This document shows positions 27,350-36,572 of a stretch of 64,000 nt of DNA, one piece after another. The notes below the pieces were generated by a model that saw only the letters and a program-made list of their open reading frames with translations, ran no database searches and was not told the DNA's origin. A program made the translations under genes and the position numbers. The DNA comes from Polyangiaceae bacterium (GTDB lineage Bacteria; Myxococcota_A; Polyangia; Polyangiales; Polyangiaceae): contig JAQSWN010000010.1 in NCBI GenBank assembly GCA_029266615.1, forward strand, positions 1,472-65,471. The letters are read 5' to 3'. Position 1 is the stretch's first letter; each line of letters begins with the position of its first letter.

Positions 27350-27664
27350 ATGGAACGACTTCCGCCCGCCGTCTTGCCCCTCCGCGCCACTCAGCCCGCT
27401 CCGAATCCGACGCCGAAGCCATCTCCACAACCTGACCCGGGCCCCGCACCCAACCCGCCGCAGCCAGTCCCACAGCAGCCTGGGGAGCCAGGGGAATCGC
27501 TGCCGACGTACGAAGACCCGCCGCCGGTCAGACCTCTCGCCTCGGCGACCCGCGTGTGCGCGATGCGACGTCGCTCCTCGCTGGATCGTGGTGAAGACGT
27601 CGGCCGCACCGCTTCTGGGTGCCTGGCGATCTTACCCGGCCCGGTTGGGGCGCGAGGGGCCTAA
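27350..27664 (+). CDS. Small proline-rich hypothetical protein
   Basis: PNPTPKPSPQPDPGPAPNPPQP...PTYEDPPP, directly behind a sigma54-like promoter. Confidence 0.4.
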   Translation: MERLPPAVLPLRATQPAPNPTPKPSPQPDPGPAPNPPQPVPQQPGEPGESLPTYEDPPPVRPLASATRVCAMRRRSSLDRGEDVGRTASGCLAILPGPVGARGA

Positions 27665-27850
27665 ATGATGACCGCGGCGTCCCTTTCGCCTCGCAGCTCG
27701 TGGCGTCTGGCAGCAAGCTCTCGCACGGCTTCCGCTGTGACCGCGTTCGATATTTCGACCTGCGCCGATTCCCCGTCGACTTTGGCACCATCCAGAGCCA
27801 GTCGATGAGCGGGGCAGAGCTCGTCGCGACGGCCGGCAACGGGTTCGGAA

Positions 27851-28210
27851 ATGCTCCGAGTTTCCGAGGCGCAGCGCCTCGGGCACGAGGCCGAGCTCCG
27901 CAAGCGCGCGCTCGCGGTGCAAGAGAGCCGCGACGCGCTAGACGTCGAGCTCACGCTTCTCCGCCGCGTCTTCGATCAGACGGCAGGAGCGCATCGTCGA
28001 CTTCGTCTACCCAGAAGCGTGGGATCGACCTCGCGGACGTGGTCGCCAACGCGGTCGAGATGCCGAGGCCCCTCTTCGAATAGAAGCGGCACCACTCATG
28101 GTCGACGTTCTGGACGCGCCGCTCCTCGTCGATGGAGATCCCGTGCGCCTCGGTCAGGTGATCTCCAACCTGCTCAGCAACGCAGCGCGCTACACGAACG
28201 ACGGGCGCCC
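27851..28210 (+). pseudogene. Fragments of a sensor histidine kinase
   Basis: IDLADVVANAVEMPRPLFE*KRH (in-frame TAG at 28081) and LLVDGDPVRLGQVISNLLSNAARYT (HATPase N box) are in different frames. Confidence 0.8.
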
Positions 28211-28360
28211 TCCGGGCTGCTCGCTTTCTGCCACCGCTCTCGCGCCAGGAGCCGGTCTGGCCGTCCGAGAAAGCAACCTGAGCTCGTCATGAATCTGCGC
28301 GAATGGCGCGCGGTAGAGCAGAGAGGGAAGAAATGGCGCCGGTCCACCGTAGGTGGAGAC

Positions 28361-29425
28361 ATGCGGTGCGTGAAGCGGGGGCGAACTAGGCTAGCGGTGG
28401 TGGCGGTGCTGGCGTCATCCGCCGGTGGCTGGGGTTGTCAGGGGGAGGCCCCCCCTGCACCTTCGACGTGGATGCGATGCTTGGCGCCCCCGCAAGCGCT
28501 CGTCGACGTCTCGTCGTCTGATGAGCATTGCGGACGCTGCAACCTGGCCTGCGAGGCAGAGGATCGTTGTGAAGCCGGGCGTTGCGTTGCCGATCGGAAC
28601 TGGGCGCTTTGGCCCGTCCCGAGCGGACAGCCGAGCTTTAGCCGCCGCGGCGACGTGGTAGAAGACGACACAACCGGACTGGTCTGGGAAGCTGGCTTCT
28701 CGGCACTCGTCGACTACGCGGCGGCAGGGCGGTACTGTGATGATCTGAACCTGGATGGCATGCGATTTCGGGTGCCGACCCGAATCGAGCTCGCGTCGAT
28801 CCTGGACTACTCAGGAGTCTCTCCGGCGATTAGTCCAGCCGCGTTTCCGAAAACGCCCGCCGCCCAATTCTGGCACCGCCCGATTCATGGCGGCGCCGCG
28901 GCCAGCATTGACTTGAGCGATCTCAGCTCCGGATTCGGCGACAGCCACGTTCGCTGCGTGGCTGAAGCTTCAGATGGGTCACCCATGGGCCCTCACTATT
29001 CCTTACAGGACGCCACGTTCCTCGACCTGAAAACGAACTTGCGTTGGCAACGAAGCGCGACCCCTGCGCCTCCGGGCGGTACGGCGTGGTCAGAGCCGGG
29101 TAACGGGAGCTTCGATCTCGCCGACGCGCAACGCTATTGTGCAGACTTGGAGCTAGAGGGAGAGCGGGATTGGCGAGTGCCGAGCGTGCTGGAGCTACTC
29201 AGTCTCGTGCGCCCGAATATCTCTCAGCCGAGTAGTGACGCGCGCGACTATGTGCACCTGGACCCTTCGGTCGTGCCGGCGGAGACTCTCGAGCAGGCCA
29301 TCTTCTATTCGCAAACGCTTTTTGGCGCGAAGGACGCGCCCTGGATCGTGGACTTCGAACGCGACACCTGGCCAGCGTCCTACGGCTTTTCGGCGCGCCG
29401 CACCCTGTGTGTGGCGGGGCGCTGA
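28361..29425 (+). CDS. Lipoprotein with two DUF1566 (Lcl C-terminal-like) domains
   Basis: GGAG RBS and lipobox GWGC. Domain 1 VEDDTTGLVW...YC...FRVPTRIELASI. Domain 2 DLKTNLRWQ...YC...DWRVPSVLELLSL. Confidence 0.85.
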   Translation: MRCVKRGRTRLAVVAVLASSAGGWGCQGEAPPAPSTWMRCLAPPQALVDVSSSDEHCGRCNLACEAEDRCEAGRCVADRNWALWPVPSGQPSFSRRGDVVEDDTTGLVWEAGFSALVDYAAAGRYCDDLNLDGMRFRVPTRIELASILDYSGVSPAISPAAFPKTPAAQFWHRPIHGGAAASIDLSDLSSGFGDSHVRCVAEASDGSPMGPHYSLQDATFLDLKTNLRWQRSATPAPPGGTAWSEPGNGSFDLADAQRYCADLELEGERDWRVPSVLELLSLVRPNISQPSSDARDYVHLDPSVVPAETLEQAIFYSQTLFGAKDAPWIVDFERDTWPASYGFSARRTLCVAGR

Positions 29426-29968
29426 AGTTTTTCGGCGTCGAGCCATTTCCGGCCGGCGCCGATACCCCAAGCTCACTTCGCAAGGTAACCGAGTCGCGTA
29501 AGAACGGGCCTGGTTCGGACGGTCATTGTCGGTAACGGGGGGGCGCGGGTTGCCGCCGGGTTGCCATACCAGGTGCACCACGATTCCACCTCCTCGTGGC
29601 TCAAGTAGAGCATCATTCACATCTATTCGACCGCCCCGATTCAGCGTTCCGAGAGAAGAACCAGCCGTGGAACGGTGACATTTCTAAGGGCCGGCCCATT
29701 CGGCAATATCTATTCAGCCACTGGCTACCTAGAGTTCGACGACGAAGGGGTGAGCCTGAGCAGCCGCGCCTGGACAAACTGGATGCAGCGCTGGGTCGAG
29801 AGCGGTCTGGATGTATCGCCCCACGGCCTGCTGAAGGTGCCGAACGGCACGGCTACCGGTTTCGAACACGATTGGTGCCAGCGGTGCGAAGCGTTCTTGA
29901 TTCACGATCAACGAGCGAAGGCTAGGAGAGCGCGCCGGAGCGGGTTTTCTGCGAGCGGCCGCGTAGCA

Positions 29969-30056
29969 CAGGCCGAGCCGATTCCGCTCCCGATCACCCG
30001 GTGAGGCCGCAGGCCGAGCCGCTCTCGACCACCTGGCGAGGCCGCAAGCCGAACGC
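29969..30056 (+). repeat. Cluster of about 30-bp REP-like units with GGCC-GCA-GGCC mini-hairpins, related to 25841-25874
   Basis: CAGGCCGAGCCGATTCCGCTCCCGATCACCCGGTGA here versus CAGGCCGAGCCGATCCCGCTCACCCGGTGA at 25845-25874. Confidence 0.7.
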
Positions 30057-30241
30057 GCCAGATGGGAAGACGCGGGAAGGAGGACCCGCACTCCCACATC
30101 GCCCCCTATGCTGCTCGCCCACAAAAGCGCGGCGCTTTCAGCCTGGGGAGAACTGACGAAAAATGGCCGGCGAGCTGGCGCTCAAGGCTTGGTAGTGTCG
30201 AGGATCTTGGTCGGCCGTCGCGGCCGGACCGGAGGGTTTCC

Positions 30242-31288
30242 ATGGAACGCAAGTTTGCAGCGATTGGTGTCGGGCTCGTGATCGGTAGTTTGGCTTTGCC
30301 GGCGCTCGCGGCAGACGTCGTGATCAGCGACGAAGCGCGAGCGCATTTTTCGGCGGGCGTGAACCTGCTGCAAGATCCGGACGGCGCGCGCTACGAGGAA
30401 GCGTACCGAGAGTTCAAGGCGGCTTACGCCACGTCTCCGTCGTGGAAGATCTTGGGGAACCTTGGGCTGAGCGCGATGAAGCTGGAGCGCGATAGCGAGG
30501 CTATCGAGGCGATCAAGAAGTACTTGGCCGAGGGTGGGAAGAAGATTGACGCGGATGAGCGGGCGCAGTTTCAACGGGATCTAGCGACGCTGGAGTCGGG
30601 CGTGGCGCAGGTGGTGTTGCAAAGCGAGCCGCCGGGCGCGACGATTGAAGACGAGCGGCATCCGGCGAGCGGCCAGACGATTCGCAACTCTTACGTCGCG
30701 GATGGCCGATCGCAGATTGGCGTTCGGTCGGGGCGCCATCGCTTCACGGCCAAGCTAGCGGGCCGTGCCGATGCCGTTTGGGAGGTCGAGCTGTCGCCGA
30801 AACAGCAGGTTTCGCACACCTTCACGTTGCCTGAGCCTGCGACCGCGTCTCCAGTTGCGGCGCCCACGGCTGCGCCCGCGCCAATGCCGGTGGCGATCGT
30901 AGACACCAATAGCCCTCAAGGCGGCAACGGCCTGCGCACGGGCGCGTACATCGCTCTCGGCGCGGGCGTGGTGGGGCTCGCGGCGGGGACGATTTTCGGG
31001 CTCAGCGCCAAGAGCAAATACAAGGAAGCCAACGACATCACGAACGACAACTGCCCGGGCTCGGGCTCTTGCGAGCTGCCGGCACCGCTGTTCGACCAGC
31101 GCGCGGGCTTGGGCAAAGACGGCGACTCGGCCAAGACGCTGTCGATCGTCGGCTTTGCTCTGGGTGGCGTCGGGCTCGCTACGGGCGTGACGCTGTTCGT
31201 GCTGAGCAATAAGAAAGAAGGCGCCGCGGCCGCGAGCGTCCAGCCCTACGTCGGTGTGGGGCAGCTCGGTTTCCGGGGGGGCTTCTGA
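30242..31288 (+). CDS. TPR + PEGA domain exported protein
   Basis: GGAGGG RBS, signal peptide, TPR (KILGNLG...DSEAIEAIKKYL), SEPPGATI PEGA, hydrophobic hairpin with a Cys pair and terminal FRGGF. Confidence 0.88.
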   Translation: MERKFAAIGVGLVIGSLALPALAADVVISDEARAHFSAGVNLLQDPDGARYEEAYREFKAAYATSPSWKILGNLGLSAMKLERDSEAIEAIKKYLAEGGKKIDADERAQFQRDLATLESGVAQVVLQSEPPGATIEDERHPASGQTIRNSYVADGRSQIGVRSGRHRFTAKLAGRADAVWEVELSPKQQVSHTFTLPEPATASPVAAPTAAPAPMPVAIVDTNSPQGGNGLRTGAYIALGAGVVGLAAGTIFGLSAKSKYKEANDITNDNCPGSGSCELPAPLFDQRAGLGKDGDSAKTLSIVGFALGGVGLATGVTLFVLSNKKEGAAAASVQPYVGVGQLGFRGGF

Positions 31289-31290
31289 AC

Positions 31291-33168
31291 ATGAAACCAT
31301 CACAGAAACGTTCGCTTTGGCAAATGGCTTTGGCTTTCGCGTCGCTCTCCCTGAGCTTCGCGGCGTGCGGCGGTCTCGACGGGCGCCGGGTGACGCGCGG
31401 TCCGGACGAGCCGGTTGGAGGCGACGCGGCCGGCGGCAAGGGCGGCGGTAGCAGCGGCACGAACGCGGTCGGCGGTGCGGAAGGCGGGCAGCCGCCCATC
31501 GACAACCCGTTCGGTGGTGAAACGTTTACCGGCGGAGCTCCTCCGGTTTTGGACGGTCCGCCCGAGGTGTTGGAAGTGAGCCCGGCCGACGCGGAGGTCA
31601 ACGTCGAGCCAGACGGAAGCATGGCCTTGAGGTTCTCGGAAGGGCTCGACGAAGCGACTGTCACTTCCGACAACATTCAGCTCTTGGATGGCGACGAGCC
31701 CGTCGAAGGCGAGCTGGAGTACTCCGGCGTGGTGTCCACGTTCACGCCCGCGCGCCGCCTCTCGCTGCTGGCTACCTACGACGTGTCGGTCACCACGGCC
31801 GTGACCGATGGGGCGGGAAATCCGCTCGAGGCGACGTTTGCGTCGAGCTTTACGGTGCGCGAGGGCGCGTGGACCGCTCAACGCTCGATCTTCACCGACT
31901 CCACCATCGACTCTGGTCGTCAAGATGTCGCGTCCGACGGGTTAGGCAACACGCTGTTCGTGTGGACCACTCGAACCGACGAAACTGGCAATAACCCGAC
32001 GGTCGCCTACGCGCGCTGGAACAACCTCGAGACCGGCTTGGCGGCACCGGTGAAGCTGGATGACTGCACGGACAACTGCAGCAACGTTCGCGTCGCGGTC
32101 AGCCCCGAAGGCGACGCGGTCGTAGCGTGGACGAACAACGCGTACCTCGTACGCGCGCGCCGCTACGTTAGCGGCGCTTGGGAGTCTCGAGCGCAGACGC
32201 TCTGGACGACGCCGTCGAACAACCCCGTCCAACCTGCGGTTGCGATTGGCGGCGGGCAAGTGGTGGTGGCCTGGGCCCATCATCAGATCACACCCAGCAA
32301 CTATTACCTGATCGAGATGAGCGCGACGACGTTGGAGGGACAATGGCCGACCATGCCGTGGTCCAACTACAGCGTCGGCTACTCCGCGCCGAACTACGAG
32401 TCCATCGGCGGCGTCACCGCGGCGGTCGACGCGCAGGGCGCCGCGCTCGTCGCGTTCACGCACAACAGTAGCAGCACCGCCGCCAGCACCCCCAAGGGCG
32501 TGTACTACGCCAGCAAGCCGCCCGCCGGAGATTGGGAGTATCCGGTGAAAATCGCCAGCTCGAACACCGTCGCCGGCAGTCCCATTCTCGCGTCGGACGG
32601 CGATGGAGCGATGGCGATCTGGAACGCCACGCTCGGCAACGGTGGCGCCTCCGTCGTTGCGAGCCGCTTCACCAAGGCTAAGCAGTTCGTCGCACCGGTG
32701 CCCATCAGTGACCCGGACCTGACCGGTTACGTAGCTCTCGGTTCCAGCTACGCCTTGGCCGGCAACAGCACCGCCTACTTTGCCACGTGGGCGCAAGTGG
32801 TCGGTACCTTCACCAAGACGTTCGCCACGCGGTTCGACGTTTCGACCGGCAAGTGGAACGAGCTGCCCACAATCGTGAGCGACAATGCGGGGGACAACCG
32901 CGCCATTGGCATCGACGCTCACGGCAACGCAATCCTGGCTTTCGACCAAGAAGGGCCGACCAAGTCACTGGTGATGGCCGCGCGCTATGTCGCCAGTACC
33001 GGGCGGTGGGGCGCGCCAGATCCGCTGACCGTCGACGCGAACGACTTCGGCTTTCCCACGCTCACGGTCGCGCCGAACGGCACCGCCAGCCTATTTTACG
33101 GACCCACGTACCGCGACGGGCCGCTACGTGGCCCCGCACCCCGCGGCTCGTACCGGCTCTTCAAGTAA
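31291..33168 (+). CDS. Lipoprotein with a Big_5 Ig-like domain and a probable beta-propeller
   Basis: Lipobox FAAC. PEVLEVSPAD...LRFSEGLD...TFTP...VTDGAGNPL Ig motif. Repeated VAxDxxGxAxVxW blades. Confidence 0.85.
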   Translation: MKPSQKRSLWQMALAFASLSLSFAACGGLDGRRVTRGPDEPVGGDAAGGKGGGSSGTNAVGGAEGGQPPIDNPFGGETFTGGAPPVLDGPPEVLEVSPADAEVNVEPDGSMALRFSEGLDEATVTSDNIQLLDGDEPVEGELEYSGVVSTFTPARRLSLLATYDVSVTTAVTDGAGNPLEATFASSFTVREGAWTAQRSIFTDSTIDSGRQDVASDGLGNTLFVWTTRTDETGNNPTVAYARWNNLETGLAAPVKLDDCTDNCSNVRVAVSPEGDAVVAWTNNAYLVRARRYVSGAWESRAQTLWTTPSNNPVQPAVAIGGGQVVVAWAHHQITPSNYYLIEMSATTLEGQWPTMPWSNYSVGYSAPNYESIGGVTAAVDAQGAALVAFTHNSSSTAASTPKGVYYASKPPAGDWEYPVKIASSNTVAGSPILASDGDGAMAIWNATLGNGGASVVASRFTKAKQFVAPVPISDPDLTGYVALGSSYALAGNSTAYFATWAQVVGTFTKTFATRFDVSTGKWNELPTIVSDNAGDNRAIGIDAHGNAILAFDQEGPTKSLVMAARYVASTGRWGAPDPLTVDANDFGFPTLTVAPNGTASLFYGPTYRDGPLRGPAPRGSYRLFK

Positions 33169-33320
33169 TTAGAACGCGATCAGCACCTCGGGCGGGTAGG
33201 GCCGCCGCGCATGTCGGCATCGTCGACGGTGATGGCTACCTGCGCGTCTGGAATGGCACGACGCGGACGCAGGGCGCGTTCTTCGGCGACCCGACCGAAA
33301 CCGACGCGGAGAAGAACTAT

Positions 33321-33441
33321 GCCTGGGGGCTATTCGATATGCTGGGTAATCCTTCTCGCGATCTCGTGCGCGCCGGTCACGCCGCCACATGGCACGGCGC
33401 GGCGGAAGGTAGCCGCTCACTTAGGGCGAATCGGTTTCCGA
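33321..33441 (+). pseudogene. Short relic of an FGE-sulfatase domain C-terminus
   Basis: AWGLFDMLGN at 33321-33350 is identical in protein to copy 2. A frameshifted IGFR follows at 33430-33441. Confidence 0.55.
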
Positions 33442-33577
33442 CGCGCAGCCTGTGCATGCCCCACGTTGGGGGACACCGTCGCGTCGCATCCTCCCCCAAA
33501 GTCCGAACCCCCAGCTACTCAGCGCGCTCTGGTGACCCTAGACACCGCGGGGGTGTTTAGGAATATGCTCCCTGCGA

Positions 33578-34138
33578 ATGGTGGCAAGAGGCTTGGGCTG
33601 GTTAGTGGGGATGGCGATGCTCGCGAGCGTAGGTGCGGCGCGGGCTGCCGACAAGAATCCTCCCGCGACGGGCTCGACGCTCACCGGTGTCGGCTTTGGC
33701 GCGCAGGTTGGCTTCTTCAACCCCAACGGGGTCACGCTGCGGGCGGGCTCCGGTCCGGTCGCGCTCGAAGGCTCGGCTGGGTTCGCGCTCTCCTTGTTGA
33801 GCTACGGGGGCAACCGAAGCCCCGACCTCAAGCTCATCGCACCGTTCGAGGTTAGTCCCCAGGTTCTCCTTGGTGACTTCCAGCTGCACAAGGCGATCCA
33901 CGGGTCATTCCGGCTCGGCTATCGCTTCAACGTCGCGCTCGGGCATGGCGGAACCGCGGGCGGGCAGATCGCGCGGCGGTGGACGCATTGGCAGCTCGAA
34001 GGCCTGTGGGGCGTCACCGTTTATCCCGATGCCGCCGATCGCCTGCGTGAAGACGGGAGGGTGCCCGCGGAGACCTCGTTCAACTTCCCTCCGGCAATCA
34101 ACTGGGGGCTGACGGTGGGGATGCTGTACTACCCGTAG
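33578..34138 (+). CDS. Small exported, probable outer-membrane beta-barrel protein
   Basis: Signal peptide ending ARA, amphipathic strands and C-terminal GLTVGMLYYP. Confidence 0.65.
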   Translation: MVARGLGWLVGMAMLASVGAARAADKNPPATGSTLTGVGFGAQVGFFNPNGVTLRAGSGPVALEGSAGFALSLLSYGGNRSPDLKLIAPFEVSPQVLLGDFQLHKAIHGSFRLGYRFNVALGHGGTAGGQIARRWTHWQLEGLWGVTVYPDAADRLREDGRVPAETSFNFPPAINWGLTVGMLYYP

Positions 34139-34876
34139 TATGCACCGGGTGGCCCTTTGTGACGGGCGCAGCCGTAAACGGTTCGCCGGCGTCGTACGCG
34201 ACCATCAGCTCTCGACCCGCATTGCTTGCTGAAACTGTCTTCAAGCGCTGGTGTGCCATCAGCCGCTGCACAGGCAGCAGAGCACGGCGGGGCATCTGTC
34301 CCTCGTGCTTCGGACGCAAGATTGCCAGAGCCGGCACACTAAAGAGCCATTCCGACCCGAACTGCCGCATCGTACGGAGGGGTAGCATGTCCCCGTGCAT
34401 AGCCTGACGAACCTACGAGGTGGAGCGTCGTGCCGCATCTGGGGAGCGGCTGGTGGTCGAGGGCGACAAGGCGCGTTGGTCGTCCCTCGACGTGCGAGGT
34501 TCGGCGAGGGGCTGTACTCCGTCGACAAGCAGTCGCTGCAGACCTTGCGGCTGGATCTGCAACTACCGAAGGCGGTACGCTGGAGCGAGCGCCTAGACTT
34601 CGCGGTCGTGGCGGTCGCAGGGCTGTGTCACGGCGAAGGCAGCGCGCGCGACGCGCGTCTGCGGTCGACACCTCTGCGACTGGGTGGACGCCGGTTGCTC
34701 TCGCGGAGGAAGGCGGCTGCCCGGTCGCGATCGCGGCGTCGAGGGGCGACCGCGAGGCGCTGCTTTTCACCTGTACCGACGGCTTCCGGGCTGGCGCGCC
34801 TCCAAGGCTCGACGGTGCCGACCTTGGGTGCTCGACCGCGCGGGTGAGTCGGAGCGCCGGAATACTCGGTGACCGA

Positions 34877-36463
34877 TCAGCGACGCCGACGAGCGCTGGC
34901 GAGCAGCGCTAGGGCGGCGAGCGCCAGGCCGGCTGGATTCGTGCTGGCGGGGGCGCCCACGAGGGTGCAGGAGCAGCCGCCGTCGTCGCTGCCGTTGTTG
35001 CTTCCTGCGGCGGGATTACCGGTGGCACCGCTACCGCCAACCGGGCTGCCAGCCGTGCTCGTGGTGCCGGCGGTGGGCGCGCCGGCGCTGCTCGGGGCGC
35101 CTCCGACACTTGGCGTACCAGCCATGCTGGCTGCTCCGCCGCCACCGCTGGTCGCGCCCGCAGTCGCGACACCGCCGTTTCCGCCGCCCATTCCGCCAGC
35201 TCCGCCTGGCGTGGCGCCGCCAGCTCCGCCTGGCGTGGCGCCGCCAGCTCCGCCAGACGTGACGCCGCCCGAACCGCCCGAGCCGCTCCCGTCGTCGACA
35301 CCAAAGTCCTTGTCGAAAGCCACGCCATCGAAAGGCACAACGATGATCTTCGTGCCGTGATTGGTGCCGGGTAAGACCTGGTTATCCTTGTCGACGTCAG
35401 CCACGGCCCACGTGATGTGCGTGGGGTGGCCATCTTGCAGCACCACGCCCGGGCGCTCGATCTTGTACCACTGCGAACAGGTGGTGGTGCCCTCGTAACA
35501 GAACATCTTCTGGTACTCGCGCGGAGACCAAGCGTACCCGTTGTCCTTCCAGTTGAGGCCGTCGGTGGAGTACACATGCCAGCCGACGCGATCGCCGGAG
35601 CCGGAGTAGATGACGTGGTAGACGCCTCCACTGCGCCAGATGTGGGGATCTTCTTGCCAAATGTGCGTCGGATTGGAGACGCCCGGAATCGAGGTCCTCT
35701 TCCCGTAGATGCTGCCCACGACCGGATTGCCCTGTGCGTTCTTATCGTTCTGGGGGTAGTCGCACGTGGGCGTTTGCTTCACGTAGGTGCCGCACAGCGT
35801 GTCCGAGATCGCGATCGTCCCGTTGCGCTCCACGATTTGATACCTGCCGTCGTGGCGGGGGATCAGGCTGACGTTGGAAGCACCGATCTGGCTCGTCGGT
35901 TTGCAACTGGTCCACGGACCATCGAGAGAGGTCGACTTGTATATCGTGAAGGGCACGGTCTCGCTGACGACGACCGCGTACTCGCCGCCTGGTAGCTCGA
36001 GCGCCGTCACGTTGTGGCCTTTGTGCGAGCCATTCTCGTCGTAAATGAAGCCTTTCCGCACGTAAGGGCCGAGCACGTTGGTTTCGCTGACGGCGTGGTA
36101 GGCGTCCGAGTTGAACCAGCTCGTGCCGAAGTTCGTGTTCCCCGAGAACGTGCTCAGGAACAGGTGGTACTTGCCGTCCTTGGCTCTGATTATTTGGCCG
36201 TCCCAGTAGTAGTAATCGGGGTGCACACCAGCGCCCTTGGCGCTCTCGATCCCGTTGGACAAGTCGCGCGGCACCACTCCCGGCTCGCCCCAGGTCGCGG
36301 AGCTGAGCGGCGCGACAATCGGCGTGGGCTTGAGGTAGTCGATGAAAGGCTTGGCGTCCGCGGTTTGCGCGAAGCTAGCGCCAACAAGCAACGCTGCGAC
36401 ACCGAGGCCTGCACCGACAGCTGAACGAGACGGGCCGAGCGTGGGGTATTGGAGACAACGCAC
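34877..36463 (-). CDS. GH43-like five-bladed beta-propeller glycoside hydrolase with a MYXO-CTERM sorting signal (start uncertain, 36463 or 36502)
   Basis: YWDGQIIRAKDGKYHLF, GHN, QEDPHIW and ERP motifs, Gly linker and DDGGCSC...LALAALALLASARRRR tail. Confidence 0.85.
   Translation of the reverse strand: MRCLQYPTLGPSRSAVGAGLGVAALLVGASFAQTADAKPFIDYLKPTPIVAPLSSATWGEPGVVPRDLSNGIESAKGAGVHPDYYYWDGQIIRAKDGKYHLFLSTFSGNTNFGTSWFNSDAYHAVSETNVLGPYVRKGFIYDENGSHKGHNVTALELPGGEYAVVVSETVPFTIYKSTSLDGPWTSCKPTSQIGASNVSLIPRHDGRYQIVERNGTIAISDTLCGTYVKQTPTCDYPQNDKNAQGNPVVGSIYGKRTSIPGVSNPTHIWQEDPHIWRSGGVYHVIYSGSGDRVGWHVYSTDGLNWKDNGYAWSPREYQKMFCYEGTTTCSQWYKIERPGVVLQDGHPTHITWAVADVDKDNQVLPGTNHGTKIIVVPFDGVAFDKDFGVDDGSGSGGSGGVTSGGAGGATPGGAGGATPGGAGGMGGGNGGVATAGATSGGGGAASMAGTPSVGGAPSSAGAPTAGTTSTAGSPVGGSGATGNPAAGSNNGSDDGGCSCTLVGAPASTNPAGLALAALALLASARRRR
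35193..35264. repeat. 24-bp tandem repeat (3 copies) encoding the GGAGGATP linker
   Basis: CCGCCAGCTCCGCCTGGCGTGGCG twice plus one variant copy. Confidence 0.8.
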
Positions 36464-36572
36464 GCTGCAAGGATAAGCGCGGCCTGCGCGCAGTGCTTGC
36501 AAGACCAGGGCGCGATTTGTAAATGGCGCGCAATCTTCCGACGATGCTCCGAGATACCGGCGCGCGGAAGAG

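Noticed and set aside
27851-28360. N-terminal 170 aa of the 524-aa ORF in the track
   Set aside because: It reads through histidine kinase debris. The RBS and lipoprotein signal peptide place the true start at 28361.
25581-30056. CRISPR array
   Set aside because: The units are degenerate, irregularly spaced and lack unique spacers. No cas genes are present.
546-33450. Complete diversity-generating retroelement (CLec-fold targets, DUF1566, Avd-like relic)
   Set aside because: No reverse transcriptase and no AAC-rich template repeat in the window. Differences between paralog C-termini are mostly synonymous and not adenine-specific.
34150-34860. Possible gene between the beta-barrel and GH43-like genes
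   Set aside because: Protein-like stretches occur in different frames with no coherent ORF or family. At most an unidentifiable pseudogene.
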